A stretch of DNA of 56,778 nt from Kiritimatiellia bacterium (lineage in GTDB: Bacteria > Verrucomicrobiota > Kiritimatiellia > RFP12 > JBMNHG01): the NCBI GenBank assembly GCA_050950285.1, contig JBMNHG010000006.1:479167-535944 (forward strand), written 5' to 3'. Under the pieces are notes generated by a model that did no database searches, was not told the DNA's origin, and saw only the letters and a list, made by a program, of their open reading frames with translations. Positions 28,952 through 39,384 of this stretch are shown in pieces (positions within the stretch are counted from its first letter, which is position 1; each line of letters starts with the position of its first letter). A program made the position numbers and the translations under genes.

Positions 28952-30229
28952 ATGCAGACGTTGGCATTGCGCCTTTACGGCACGAATGATTTGCGGCTGG
29001 AACGCTTCGAACTCCCGGCCATCGCGGAAGACGAAATCCTCGCGAGCGTCGTCTCGAACAGCATTTGCATGTCCGACCACAAGGCCGTCGCTCAGGGGCC
29101 CGCGCACAAGCGTGTCCCGAAAAACGTGGCCGAACATCCGATCCTGATCGGCCACGAGTTCTGCGGCACGATTCTGGAGGTGGGCCGGAAGTGGCGGGAC
29201 AAGTTCCGGGCCGGGAGCAAATTCAGCATCCAGCCGGCGATCTGCTATCCGGGGCGCGAGCTCGAGGCTCCGGGCTATTCGTTCCCCTTCATCGGCGGCC
29301 ACGCCACACGCGTCGTGATCCCGCGCGAGGTGCTTGAGATGGACGGCCTTCTCAACTACGAGGGCGACTCCTTCTTCCAGGCCTCGCTCGCCGAACCGGT
29401 TTCGTGCATCATCGGCGCATTCAACACGAACTACCACTTTACGCCGGGCGAATACGTCCATCGCATGGGCATCCAGGACCGGGGCGCGATGGCCATCCTC
29501 GCCGGTGTCGGGCCGATGGGGCTCGGAGCGATCGACCTCGCCCTGCACGGCCCGCGCAAGCCAAGCCTGCTCGTTGTGACGGACATCGACGCCGAGCGCC
29601 TCGCTCGCGCCGCCTCGATCTTCACGGTCGAGGACGCGAAGGCAAACGGCGTGGATCTCCGCTACGTGAACACCGCCGAGCACACGGACCCCGCGGCCGC
29701 GATGAAAGACATGGCGGGCGGAGCCGGCTTCGACGACGTGTTCGTCTTCGCCCCGGTCGCGGCGCTCATCGAGCAGGCGTCGGACCTTCTCGGCTTCAAC
29801 GGCTGCCTGAACTTCTTCGCCGGCCCCACGCGGACGGACTTCAAGGCCTCGATCAACTTCTACGAGGTCCACTACTCGGGCCACCACGTGGTCGGCTCCT
29901 CCGGCGGAAACACCGACGATCTTCGCGACGCCTTGCGGATGTTCGAGGAAGGCAGGCTCACGCCGGCGGTGATGATCACGCACGTGGGCGGCATCGATTC
30001 CGCGGCGCAGACCACCATCGACCTCCCGAAGATTCCCGGCGGCAAGAAGCTGGTCTACACCCATGTCTCCATGCCGATGACCGCCATCGCGGACTTCGGG
30101 AAGCTGGGCGAAACGGATCCCTTCTTCGCCGAGCTCGACCGCATCTGCACGGCCCACAACGGCCTGTGGTCCGCCGAGGCCGAGGCCTATCTGCTCGCGA
30201 ACGCGAAGCGTCTCGAGCCGGACGCCTGA
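28952..30229 (+). CDS. Zinc-binding dehydrogenase, L-sorbose-1-phosphate reductase (SorE)-like
   Basis: ALRLYG..DLRLE.FELP, SICMS, GHEFCG, GPMG, GSSGGNTDD, IPGGKKL. Confidence 0.85.
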   Translation: MQTLALRLYGTNDLRLERFELPAIAEDEILASVVSNSICMSDHKAVAQGPAHKRVPKNVAEHPILIGHEFCGTILEVGRKWRDKFRAGSKFSIQPAICYPGRELEAPGYSFPFIGGHATRVVIPREVLEMDGLLNYEGDSFFQASLAEPVSCIIGAFNTNYHFTPGEYVHRMGIQDRGAMAILAGVGPMGLGAIDLALHGPRKPSLLVVTDIDAERLARAASIFTVEDAKANGVDLRYVNTAEHTDPAAAMKDMAGGAGFDDVFVFAPVAALIEQASDLLGFNGCLNFFAGPTRTDFKASINFYEVHYSGHHVVGSSGGNTDDLRDALRMFEEGRLTPAVMITHVGGIDSAAQTTIDLPKIPGGKKLVYTHVSMPMTAIADFGKLGETDPFFAELDRICTAHNGLWSAEAEAYLLANAKRLEPDA

Positions 30230-30338
30230 TCCGCTTCGGAAAGGGGCGGGCATCCCCTCCCCCGCAGAGACGAAGACGGGCGCGACCCCTGGAGGTCACG
30301 CCCGTCTTGCTTGTCCGGGGGAGGTCCGCGGAAGCGCG

Positions 30339-31130
30339 TCATCGTTTCGGGAAGATGCGGAGGCAGCGGGCGCGGGGATCTTCCTGCACAAGGACCTCGC
30401 AGCCATAGACGTCCCGGAGAAGCGCGGGGTCGAGCACCTCGGCGGGAGGACCGTCCGCACGGATGCGGCCGCGATCCAGCAACACCAGGCGGTCGAAGTA
30501 CTCGGCGGCCATGTTGAGGTCGTGCGCGATCAGGAGCACCGTGACGCCGCGCGCCGTGTTCCGCTCCACCGTCATGCGGGCGATGGAAGCGCGGTGGTTC
30601 ATGTCGAGATGGGCGGTCGGCTCGTCCATCAGCAACAGCGGGGTCTGCGCGGCGAGGGCCATCGCCACGCAGACGCGCTGGCGCTCGCCGCCGCTGAGTT
30701 CGGCGAAGGGGCGGGAGGCAAGCCCGGTGGTGGCGGTGAATTCCATCGCCTCGCGAACCGCGGCGTGATCTTCCTTCGCCGGCGGGGTCCAGCGGCCCAG
30801 GCGGCTGTTGCGCCCAAGCATCACGATTTCGCCCGCCGTGAAGGGCGCGCCCGCGCTCATGCCCTGCGGCACCACGGCGGCAAGCGTCGCGCGGACGGCG
30901 GCGGAAAGGGACGAGGCGTCGTGGCCGAAGAGGCGCGCCTCGCCGGATCGAACGGGCAGAAGCCCGGTCGCGACCGCGAGAAGCGTGCTCTTCCCGGCAC
31001 CGTTCGGCCCCAGCAGCGCCACGCGCTCTCCCCGGCGAATCCGCAACGAAACACCGTCCAGCACCCGGCGGTCGCGGTAGCCGGCGACGACGTTGTCCAA
31101 TTCGAGGGCGATGGAATCCTGCGCATGCAT
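30339..31130 (-). CDS. ABC transporter ATP-binding protein (iron-siderophore/heme/cobalamin type)
   Basis: GPNGAGKST, LSGGERQR, MDEPTAHLD, HDLNMA. Confidence 0.9.
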   Translation of the reverse strand: MHAQDSIALELDNVVAGYRDRRVLDGVSLRIRRGERVALLGPNGAGKSTLLAVATGLLPVRSGEARLFGHDASSLSAAVRATLAAVVPQGMSAGAPFTAGEIVMLGRNSRLGRWTPPAKEDHAAVREAMEFTATTGLASRPFAELSGGERQRVCVAMALAAQTPLLLMDEPTAHLDMNHRASIARMTVERNTARGVTVLLIAHDLNMAAEYFDRLVLLDRGRIRADGPPAEVLDPALLRDVYGCEVLVQEDPRARCLRIFPKR

Positions 31131-31172
31131 GGGTTTGTCCGGGGCTTGCCCGACTCCCCGCGCCTGTCGAGC

Positions 31173-32480
31173 CTAGCGGGCTGCGAAGCGCGCCGCGTCG
31201 CGTTCCACCAGCCGGGCGCGAAGGGCGGCGAGATCCTGGGCAGGGGCGGCACCGGACTGGACGGCGGCTTCGGCCACGGCGCTGGAGACCGAAACGAAGA
31301 GGCGCTTGTCGAAGGGCTTCGGGATGATGTAGCCCGGACCGAACGCGAGGGCCTCCGACGGATAGAGGGCCTGGATTTCCCCGGGGACGGGTTCGTGGGC
31401 GAGTTCCGCGAGGGCGCGCGCGGCGGCGACCTTCATCTCCATGTTGATGGTGCGGGCGCGAGCGTCGAGGGCTCCGCGGAAAAGGTAGGGGAAACCGAGC
31501 ACGTTGTTGATTTGGTTCGGGTAGTCGCTGCGGCCGGTGACCATGACGCAGGGACGGTCCCGCAGGGCGGCGGCGACCTCCCCGGGGCTGATTTCGGGAT
31601 CGGGGTTCGCCATGGCGAAAATGGCGGGGAAGCCGGCCATGGCCTTCACGTCGTCGCCGGAGAGGACGTTCGCGGCGGAGACGCCGATGAAGACGTCCGC
31701 GCCGCGGATGGCCTCCTGCAAGGTGCGGAGGGAGGCCTTCACGGCGTGGCGGCGCTTGTGGTCGTTCAGGTCGGTGCGATCCTCGCGAAGCACGCCCTTC
31801 GAATCGCACATCGTGAGATCGTGCACCCCGGCGGCCTTGCACATGTCCGCGATGCGGATGCCGGCGGCACCGGCCCCGTTTACCACGACCTTGAGCGCGG
31901 AGAGGGGCTTCCCGGCGAGTTCGGCGTAGTTCATCACGCCGGAGAGGGTGATCACGGCGGTGCCCCACTGGTCGTCATGGAAGACGGGGATGTCGAGCAT
32001 CGCGTCCAGCGTGTCCTCGATTTCGAAGCAGGCGGGCGCGGCGATGTCCTCGAGGTTGATGCCTCCGTACATCGGGGCGATGGCGGCCACGGCGTCGATT
32101 ACGCGCTGCGGATCGGTCTTCCCGGTGTCGGCACCCCCCTGGCGGCAGCGGGCCAGCGGCACGGGCCAGCCGTCGATGTCGGCGAAGGATTTGAAAAGGA
32201 CGGCCTTGCCCTCCATCACGGGGATGCTGGCAAGGGCGCCGAGATCGCCGAGGCCCAGGATTGCGGTCCCGTCGGAAACCACCGCCACGAGGTTCGCGCG
32301 GGCGGTATAGCGGAACGCATCGGACGGAGCGGCGGCGATCTGCTTCACGGCCTGGGCCACGCCGGGCGTGTAGGCAAGACAGAGGTCGCGCTGGCCGCGC
32401 AGGGGATGGGGGAGGTGGAGGCCGATTTTGCCTCCGAGGTGGTAGGTCAGGACGTCTTCGCGGGTGATGGCGGTGGACAT
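31173..32480 (-). CDS. NAD(P)-dependent malic enzyme (no phosphotransacetylase domain)
   Basis: [54 protein letters not shown]. Confidence 0.93.
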   Translation of the reverse strand: MSTAITREDVLTYHLGGKIGLHLPHPLRGQRDLCLAYTPGVAQAVKQIAAAPSDAFRYTARANLVAVVSDGTAILGLGDLGALASIPVMEGKAVLFKSFADIDGWPVPLARCRQGGADTGKTDPQRVIDAVAAIAPMYGGINLEDIAAPACFEIEDTLDAMLDIPVFHDDQWGTAVITLSGVMNYAELAGKPLSALKVVVNGAGAAGIRIADMCKAAGVHDLTMCDSKGVLREDRTDLNDHKRRHAVKASLRTLQEAIRGADVFIGVSAANVLSGDDVKAMAGFPAIFAMANPDPEISPGEVAAALRDRPCVMVTGRSDYPNQINNVLGFPYLFRGALDARARTINMEMKVAAARALAELAHEPVPGEIQALYPSEALAFGPGYIIPKPFDKRLFVSVSSAVAEAAVQSGAAPAQDLAALRARLVERDAARFAAR

Positions 32481-32504
32481 GGCGTTTCCGGGTCGGGAGG
32501 GGTG

Positions 32505-33206
32505 TCAAGGAGCTTGGAGAAGGGGGACGATGTCGATGACGTCGGCCCACTCGGCATCGGGATCCCCGGTGATGAAGCGGATCTTCTCTTCGAAGTGGTC
32601 CCACATCTCGTCGTAGTGGAACATTTCATAGCTGTGTCCCCAGAAGTAGAAGACACCGGTCTCCTTGGCTTTTTCGTAGCGGGCCCAGAACTCGTTGGAC
32701 TGGAAGTGGCAGTTCGTGGCCAGGGCAAGGGGCTCGGGGCACCGGGTGACGTCCCACGTATAGCGGGTGGAACGCCCGTAGGCGAAGCCCTGTTCGCGGA
32801 GGAGGGCGATCGTGGCGGGGGTGTCGACGCCGCAGGGCCAGGCGAAGCCGCGGCAGGGACGCTGGAAGAGGTCTTCGAGAAAGTGCCGTGCCTCAAGCGC
32901 CGACTGGATCCATTGCCCGTCCGGAACGGTGCCGGCAACCTCGTGGCGCCAGCAATGGGAGGCCACCTGGAAGCCGTCGTAAATCTCCGGGAGATCCCGG
33001 AGGGAGAGTTTGCCGGCGATGAAGCCCGAATGGCTCCAGCCCCGGTCCGAGCGGTTCGTCCAGCGGTCGACGCCGCGGGCATCGCCCATCCAGCCGGGGT
33101 TGAGATTGAAGGTGGCCTTCGCGCCGTAGCGGCGAAGGAGATCGGCAAGCCGAATGTCGTTGAGAACACCGTCGTCCCAGCATTGGACGACCTTCATCGT
33201 GGGCAT
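32505..33206 (-). CDS. Polysaccharide deacetylase (CE4/NodB-like)
   Basis: WDDG, KATFNLN, ASHCWRH, FAWPCG, FYFWGHSYE. Confidence 0.82.
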   Translation of the reverse strand: MPTMKVVQCWDDGVLNDIRLADLLRRYGAKATFNLNPGWMGDARGVDRWTNRSDRGWSHSGFIAGKLSLRDLPEIYDGFQVASHCWRHEVAGTVPDGQWIQSALEARHFLEDLFQRPCRGFAWPCGVDTPATIALLREQGFAYGRSTRYTWDVTRCPEPLALATNCHFQSNEFWARYEKAKETGVFYFWGHSYEMFHYDEMWDHFEEKIRFITGDPDAEWADVIDIVPLLQAP

Positions 33207-33406
33207 GGGAACCTCCACAGTTGGTTTGGACGCGCCATGCGTCCGTTCGGAAAGGATAGCGGAAGCGATTCCGGAATGCAATCCGTCGCCGCATGCACGA
33301 AACGTTTTTCGCGGGGAGTGGCGATCGCGGCCCGGCGGAAGGAACGGCTTTGGGCTTGCCTGTCGAAGAAGAGATGGGGCATGATCGTCTTTTCAAAGGA
33401 TGCGAT

Positions 33407-34609
33407 ATGCGCGGTTCCGTTTTTCCCCTTTTCCCCTGCCTGCTGGGCGCCGTGTGCCTTGCGGCCTCGTGCGCGACGCCCCCGCCGCCCCTTGTCGAAG
33501 GCGAATTCCCGGTGGCGGTCTTTGATTCCCCGATGGACGGCTACGAACGCGAGTCGCTCGCGGCCCGTCCCGTCGAGGGCGACCCGCCTGAAGGCGGCAT
33601 CCGCTATTGGTCGACCCCCTTTGGACGCCTCGATTGCCACGGGTGCTATGTGTCCGTCTTGAACCGGGGGACCGTGGAAGCGCCGGAATGGGAGCTGTGG
33701 GAAAACGGCTGGGGCGACACCCTCGACCTGCGCGGGATCTTCGTGCGCCGAGGGCCGTCGCTCGCCACCCTCCCGCCGTACGAGCTCGCCCTGAGCGCTT
33801 CCGCGATTGACGACGTCCCCGAACCCGCCGAGCACTGCAAGCTCCCGCCCCGCGAACCGTGGAGGCTCGCGGAGGGGCGCGGCTTCACCCGCCCATGCGT
33901 GATCCGCGACCCGGAATCCGGATACGTGCTGCTGGCGTGCGTCTGCCCCGACTATCTCCCCGGGCGCGTCTCGCTCTTTCCGGCCCTCGCGACGTCGCCG
34001 GACGGAACTCCCGGAAGCTGGACCTACCGGGGGCGCCTGAAAGGCGAGCCGCAGGAGGAGGAAATCCAACGGGACTACCCGGTTTGGAGCGACGGAGGAA
34101 CGCTCTTCCGCCTTCCCGGCGGAACCTGGCGCATCCTGCTGAACGGCTTCGGGAACCGCACGCTTGTGGAACTCCATGCGGAGACGCTGGACGGTCCGTG
34201 GCGCTTCCTGCGCGGCGGCGACGGCGCCATCCGCGAACTGCTCCCCCACCCCGTCACCGGCGAAGGCGCGTTCCCCAGCTGCTTTCCGCACGTGCTTCGC
34301 GTGTCCGACAGCGAATGGCATCTCTGGCTCAGCGACGTCTGGCCCTGCCAGTCGATCTGGCACTTCTTCTCCGAGGATGGGCTCGCCTGGCGTCCGTACG
34401 GCCGCCAGCCGGAAATCACCCGCGACGCGGTCAACGGCCACGCCATCAAATGCCTTCGGACGCACCTCTCGGCCGACGGAACGAAGATCGTCGGCCTTCT
34501 CTCGGTTTGGGGGGACTCGCTTCCGGGGCGTCCCGGCGAAAAGGGCTGGACGCTTTTCCGGACCACGCTGCCCGTTGGTGCGCCGCCAGAGGAGCGGAGC
34601 GCGGAATGA
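33407..34609 (+). CDS. Putative lipoprotein, possibly beta-propeller glycoside-hydrolase-like
   Basis: Lipobox LAASC after a hydrophobic stretch; Trp-rich blade-like segments (SPDGTPGSW, TLDGPW, SEDGLAW). Confidence 0.55.
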   Translation: MRGSVFPLFPCLLGAVCLAASCATPPPPLVEGEFPVAVFDSPMDGYERESLAARPVEGDPPEGGIRYWSTPFGRLDCHGCYVSVLNRGTVEAPEWELWENGWGDTLDLRGIFVRRGPSLATLPPYELALSASAIDDVPEPAEHCKLPPREPWRLAEGRGFTRPCVIRDPESGYVLLACVCPDYLPGRVSLFPALATSPDGTPGSWTYRGRLKGEPQEEEIQRDYPVWSDGGTLFRLPGGTWRILLNGFGNRTLVELHAETLDGPWRFLRGGDGAIRELLPHPVTGEGAFPSCFPHVLRVSDSEWHLWLSDVWPCQSIWHFFSEDGLAWRPYGRQPEITRDAVNGHAIKCLRTHLSADGTKIVGLLSVWGDSLPGRPGEKGWTLFRTTLPVGAPPEERSAE

Positions 34610-35580
34610 ACGGCGCGCCGCGGAAATCCGCCCCTTCGCTGCTGGAAGTGCGCGACCTCCGCGTGACCTTCCGCCGCGATGGCGAGGAGAGCGAGGTGGT
34701 GCGCGGCATCGACCTCGACATCCCGTCCGGGGGGCGCGTCGCGCTCGTCGGCGAAAGCGGTTGCGGAAAGAGCATGACCTGCCTCTCCCTCGCGCGCCTC
34801 GCGCCGACCGACCGCGCGCACCTTTCGGGTTCGATCCGCTTCCAGGGCCGTGAACTCATGGGGGCGGACGCTTCCACGCTTCGTTCCATCCGCGGAAGCG
34901 GAATCGCCTACGTGTTCCAGGATCCGTCCGGAAGCCTCAACCCCGTGATGCGCGTGGGCTCCCAGATTGCGGAATGCCTGCGGGACCTCCCGCGAAACCG
35001 GCGCAACCGCCGCGTGCTCGAACTGCTGGAGCGCGTGCGCCTCCCCGACCCCGCCACCACCGCGCGCACCTTCCCCTGCGAACTCTCGGGAGGCCAGCAG
35101 CAACGCGTGGTGCTCGCCATGGCCCTCGCAGCCCGCCCGCGCCTGCTCGTGGCCGACGAACCCACCACCGCGCTGGACGTGGTCACCCAGGCCCAGGTGC
35201 TCGATCTCGTGGACGAACTGGCCGACGCCGAGGGAATGGCCGTGTTGCTGGTGACGCACAATCTCGGCCTCGTGGCGGGGCGGACGCGCCACACCTTCGT
35301 GCTCTACGGCGGGCAAGTCGTCGAACACGGACCCACCCGCGACGTGCTCTCCGCCCCCCGGCACCCCTACACCGTCGGCCTTCTCGCCTCCGTCCCGCGC
35401 CTGGACGCCCCGCGTGGAGCGGCCCTGCACGATATCCCGGGAACGGTGCCCTCCGCCGACGCACTCCCGCCCGGATGCACCTTCGCGCCGCGCTGCCCCC
35501 ACGCGACGCCCGCGTGCTCGGCCCACGCCCCGCCCCTTCGCGCGGACGCGGACGGGCGCGCCGTACGCTGCTTCCGCTGA
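34606..35580 (+). CDS. Oligopeptide/dipeptide ABC transporter ATP-binding protein (OppD/DppD-like)
   Basis: GESGCGKS, FQDP..SLNP, LSGGQQQR, ADEPTTALD, HPYT, C-terminal GC.FAPRC. Confidence 0.92.
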   Translation: MNGAPRKSAPSLLEVRDLRVTFRRDGEESEVVRGIDLDIPSGGRVALVGESGCGKSMTCLSLARLAPTDRAHLSGSIRFQGRELMGADASTLRSIRGSGIAYVFQDPSGSLNPVMRVGSQIAECLRDLPRNRRNRRVLELLERVRLPDPATTARTFPCELSGGQQQRVVLAMALAARPRLLVADEPTTALDVVTQAQVLDLVDELADAEGMAVLLVTHNLGLVAGRTRHTFVLYGGQVVEHGPTRDVLSAPRHPYTVGLLASVPRLDAPRGAALHDIPGTVPSADALPPGCTFAPRCPHATPACSAHAPPLRADADGRAVRCFR

Positions 35581-35605
35581 TCCCTTGCGCCCGGCTCCTT
35601 CGGCG

Positions 35606-36979
35606 CTACCGGCGCCGGGGTTCGACGGGCGGCATCGTGGCAAGCGCCAGAACGAGCGCCAGCGGCAGCCCGATCCCGCGCACGAGGAGCGGACTCCAGA
35701 CAGCGGCAACCGCATAGGCGGCCAACGCTCCCGCCGCGCCAAGACGAAGCGCGGAACGGCATCGGAAGTCCGCGCACGGGATCGCGAGCGCAACTCCCGC
35801 GCATGCGCGGCGTGCGGCGCGCCGCTGTCCGAGAGCCCGGTGTGCCCCGCACGCGAGCAGAAGCAGGAAGAAGCCCGCCGCAGGGACGCCGGAGGTGGTG
35901 GCGAGCACGAGGTAGAGGTTCTGGATGTCCGGCTCGGAGGGACCGGTGGCGCGGGGAACCGTGCCGTAGTAGGGACCGATGTTGCGCTGGTAACCGCCGG
36001 GGCCAACGCCGAGCCAGGGGCGGTCGGCCACCATCTCGGAGGCGGCCTGCCAATCGGCGTAGCGGCGGGCGGGTTCGCCGGAATCGGCGTCGAAGGGGGC
36101 GATCGACCGCATCAGCTCCCACGTGTTCTCGCGCGGGAGGTTCGGTAGCACGAGGAAAAGGAGCGCCACGGAGCCAAGAAGCGTCGCCACGGCGGCGGCG
36201 CGGCTCTTCGCGGCCGCCTGGAGCACGAAGACCGCAAGCAGGGCGGCCATCGAAGCGCCGGAAAGATTCACGAGGCATCCGGCCACCGCAAGCGCCAGGC
36301 CCGCGAGCCGGCAGGACAGGCCCTTCCCCTCCAGGGCGAGCGCGAAGGCGAAGGGGAGCACGAGCGCAAGGAATCCGCCGAGAACGTTGCGGTTGCCGAA
36401 GGTGCCGCGCACGGAGAGGTGGCCGAGCCAATCGGTCGGTTCGAGCGCGCCGTCCGGCAGGTACGGGGCGTAGTCGCGGAAATAGAGGAGCCCCGGGGCA
36501 AGCATGGCGTCCGTCGTCCCGGCATACTGCAGGAAGGCGAGGAGCACGACGACCGCCCCCGTCCCCAGCAGGATACCGAAGGCGGCGCGAACGGCCAAGG
36601 GGCCCCGATGGGCCAGCGCGTCCAGGAAAAGCGTGAGCCCCACGCCGAAGTAGGCGAAGGACTGGATCCACTCCTTCGCCGCGCCGGGGCGATCGAGCGC
36701 CGTGATGCAGGAAAGAAGCATCCACGCCAAGAAGGCGGCGGCAGGCCAGGGAATCACGAAAAGACGGCGCCACTCGCGCTGGAGGAGCCGCGCCATCCCC
36801 CAGGTTCCGGCCGCGAGAAGGAGCAAGGGATCCGACGGCGCGACGTGCAGGCCGCGCACGGGCTCCAGGCTCCATTGCGTGGGCGACACCAACGCCGCCA
36901 GAGCCAGCAGGGCAAGGGCCGTCCCGTCGCAGAAATCCGCAATCCGTCCCAGGGGCTTCCGATTCGCTCCATCCGTCAT
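35606..36979 (-). CDS. O-antigen ligase (WaaL/Wzy_C)-family membrane protein
   Basis: Many TM segments; RGTFGNRN, R...W......DRPWLGVGPG.Y, NLYL..LAT.G. Confidence 0.8.
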   Translation of the reverse strand: MTDGANRKPLGRIADFCDGTALALLALAALVSPTQWSLEPVRGLHVAPSDPLLLLAAGTWGMARLLQREWRRLFVIPWPAAAFLAWMLLSCITALDRPGAAKEWIQSFAYFGVGLTLFLDALAHRGPLAVRAAFGILLGTGAVVVLLAFLQYAGTTDAMLAPGLLYFRDYAPYLPDGALEPTDWLGHLSVRGTFGNRNVLGGFLALVLPFAFALALEGKGLSCRLAGLALAVAGCLVNLSGASMAALLAVFVLQAAAKSRAAAVATLLGSVALLFLVLPNLPRENTWELMRSIAPFDADSGEPARRYADWQAASEMVADRPWLGVGPGGYQRNIGPYYGTVPRATGPSEPDIQNLYLVLATTSGVPAAGFFLLLLACGAHRALGQRRAARRACAGVALAIPCADFRCRSALRLGAAGALAAYAVAAVWSPLLVRGIGLPLALVLALATMPPVEPRRR

Positions 36980-37022
36980 GTTTCGTCCCTCCGGAACAGC
37001 GTGCATCCGACCCGGACCGCAC

Positions 37023-37598
37023 TCAGGGCGCGGTGACGGGCTCGATATCCACGGGCACCCAGCGGCGGTCGGCGCAGAGGACGACCTGGTCGATGCGCAC
37101 GCCGTCCTCGTTGTTGAGGAAGACCAGCGTGCAAGGGCCCTTCTTGAGCTGCAAGGGCTTCGCGGTGCGGGCCACGGGGTATTTCACCCAATGCCACGAC
37201 TGGAAGGTGCCGTCCTCGCCGAAGAGGAACGGCGCGCCGCCATCCACCTGGATGCGGAGGGAATTGCCGCACTCGCCCTCCCACCAGACGCGCGCCCAGA
37301 GCAGGTACGCGCCGTCCCTGGGGACATCGACCACCAGTTCGGCCCTGCCCGTTTCGACCTTGGGCGGATTGCCCCGGCCTTCGGGGATTTCGAGGTAGGA
37401 GTCGCCGGAGGCGCCCTTCACGAACGAAGTCCCGTCGGGAACGGCATCGGCGGTCACCTTGTAGAACGGCTCCTCGATCACGGCGGCGGTCTCCGCCTCG
37501 ACGCACACCCTGGCGGCGGGCGCGGCGAAGAGGATGCCGGGGAGCAGAAACGCGACGGCGGGGAAGAGGAGGAATCGGGGGGAATCGGATGGAATCAT
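37023..37598 (-). CDS. Secreted galactose-binding-fold (CBM6/CBM35-like) protein
   Basis: Signal peptide; VEAE..GASGDSY..G.Y.LWARV..NS..IQVDG..W.W..EDGVRIDQV. Confidence 0.65.
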   Translation of the reverse strand: MIPSDSPRFLLFPAVAFLLPGILFAAPAARVCVEAETAAVIEEPFYKVTADAVPDGTSFVKGASGDSYLEIPEGRGNPPKVETGRAELVVDVPRDGAYLLWARVWWEGECGNSLRIQVDGGAPFLFGEDGTFQSWHWVKYPVARTAKPLQLKKGPCTLVFLNNEDGVRIDQVVLCADRRWVPVDIEPVTAP

Positions 37599-37655
37599 GG
37601 CAGGGGTTCCTTCGCGGCGGCCAGGGGAAGCGGCGGGAGGCGCCGCCCCCCTTCC

Positions 37656-39164
37656 TTATTTCTGGAGCGGGGCCAGGGCGTCGTGGATGGCGAGGTAGCG
37701 CGCATACGCCTCGTCGTAGCACGCCATGGTGGCGGCGTCGGGTTCCACGCGCGACGCATCGTCCAGCCGGATGAAGCGGGCGGAGAGATCCGCGATGGAG
37801 GCCGAGCGGTCGCTTTGGCGCGCCACGCACCACATCGCCTGCAACACGCCGCCCATGGCGCCGGCCTCGGCGCTGGCGGGGCAAACCACGGGGCAGCCGA
37901 AGATGTCCGCCACGATGGAGCGCCAGATGCGGCTCTTCGATCCGCCGCCCACCAGACGGATCTCCTTGGCGTCCACCCCGAGGCGCCGCAGCAGCTCGAG
38001 GCCGTAGCGGAGGCCGAAGGTGGCGCCTTCCATGGCGGCGCGGGCGAAGTTCGCGCGGGTGCAGTTCGTGCTGGTGATGCCGTGGAACGAGGCGCGGGCG
38101 CGCGGCAGGGGCGGGGTGCGCTCGCCGTTGAAGTAGGGCAGCAGCAGCAGGCCGCCGGCGCCGGGAGGCGCGGCCTCCACCATCGCGTCGAAAGCCTGCA
38201 GGTCGCTTCCGAAGAGGGCGCGGGTGAGTTCGGTGGCGACCGTCACGTTCATCGTGCAGATGAGCGGCAGCCAGCCGCCATCGCTCGAACAGAAGGCCGC
38301 GAGTTCGCCGGCGGGGTCGATCACGGGGAACGAAGAGCGCGAGTAGATGGTGCCGGAGGTGCCGAGGCTGGTGGTGACGATGCCGTCCGCCACGTTGCCG
38401 GTGCCGATGGCCCCCATCATGTTGTCGCCGCCGCCGGCGGACACGATGACGGAGGCGGGAAGGCCGAATCCGGCGGCGATTTCAGGCCGGATCGTTCCGA
38501 CGGCCTCATCCGCGGCGATGACGGGCGGAAGGCACGAGGCGAGCTTGCCGGAGGGGTCGACGGCGTCGACGAGCTTCTGCGACCACGTGCGGGAGCGGAC
38601 ATCGAAGAGCGCCGTTCCGGAGGCGTCGCCGCACTCCATCTTGCGTTCGCCGGTGAGCCAGAAATTCACGTGGTCGTGCGGGAGCAGCACCGTGGCGAGC
38701 CGCTCGTAGTTCGCGGGTTCGTGCTCGGCCATCCAGAGGATCTTCGAGGCGGTGAATCCTGCGGCGACGGCATTGCCGATGGCGTCCACCACGGCCTCGG
38801 GGCCCCCGGCGCGCGCGGTGATGGTCTCGCACTGCGGAACGGTCTCGGTGTCGCACCAGAGCTTGGCGGGGCGAAGCACGTCGCCGGCGGCATCGAGCGC
38901 GACGAAACCGTGCTGCTGGCCGGACACGCCGATGGCGACCACGGCGGAACGATCCACGCCGGGCGTGGCGAGGCACGCCGAAAGCGTCTCGCGCGCGGCG
39001 TCGATCCACCATGCCGGATCCTGCTCGCGGCGCCCCTCGTCGTTCTCGATGAGGTCGTGCTTGGCATAGGCCGAGGCGATGATTTCGCCCTTCGCCTCGC
39101 TGAACACGGCACACTTGGTGCCCTGGGTCCCGTTGTCAATCCCGATGAAAAGACGGTCGCTCAT
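37656..39164 (-). CDS. xylB: Xylulokinase (FGGY family)
   Basis: IGIDNGTQGTK, SGQQHG, LWCD, GDASGT, GGGDN, LGTSG, YFNGERTP. Confidence 0.9.
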   Translation of the reverse strand: MSDRLFIGIDNGTQGTKCAVFSEAKGEIIASAYAKHDLIENDEGRREQDPAWWIDAARETLSACLATPGVDRSAVVAIGVSGQQHGFVALDAAGDVLRPAKLWCDTETVPQCETITARAGGPEAVVDAIGNAVAAGFTASKILWMAEHEPANYERLATVLLPHDHVNFWLTGERKMECGDASGTALFDVRSRTWSQKLVDAVDPSGKLASCLPPVIAADEAVGTIRPEIAAGFGLPASVIVSAGGGDNMMGAIGTGNVADGIVTTSLGTSGTIYSRSSFPVIDPAGELAAFCSSDGGWLPLICTMNVTVATELTRALFGSDLQAFDAMVEAAPPGAGGLLLLPYFNGERTPPLPRARASFHGITSTNCTRANFARAAMEGATFGLRYGLELLRRLGVDAKEIRLVGGGSKSRIWRSIVADIFGCPVVCPASAEAGAMGGVLQAMWCVARQSDRSASIADLSARFIRLDDASRVEPDAATMACYDEAYARYLAIHDALAPLQK

Positions 39165-39315
39165 GTGGGTTCCTTCCGTTCCATTGCAAAGTGGCCTGAG
39201 AGTAGAAAGTACAGAGTACCGCATCGGGGGACGGGAGTAAAGCCGCGCGACGCGGGCGACGCGAAAGAAATCGTCCTTCCAGGGGCTGTCGCGGCCCGGG
39301 ACCGGGAACGCCGGA

Positions 39316-39344
39316 TTGACCCCGAGACACGGTGTTGTTATAAA
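39316..39344 (+). promoter_or_regulatory. Sigma70-type promoter
   Basis: TTGACC-17 nt-TATAAA with extended TG. Confidence 0.55.
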
Positions 39345-39384
39345 CACGACGACTTGCCGTCGCCCCATGGAAACCAAAGCCGCC

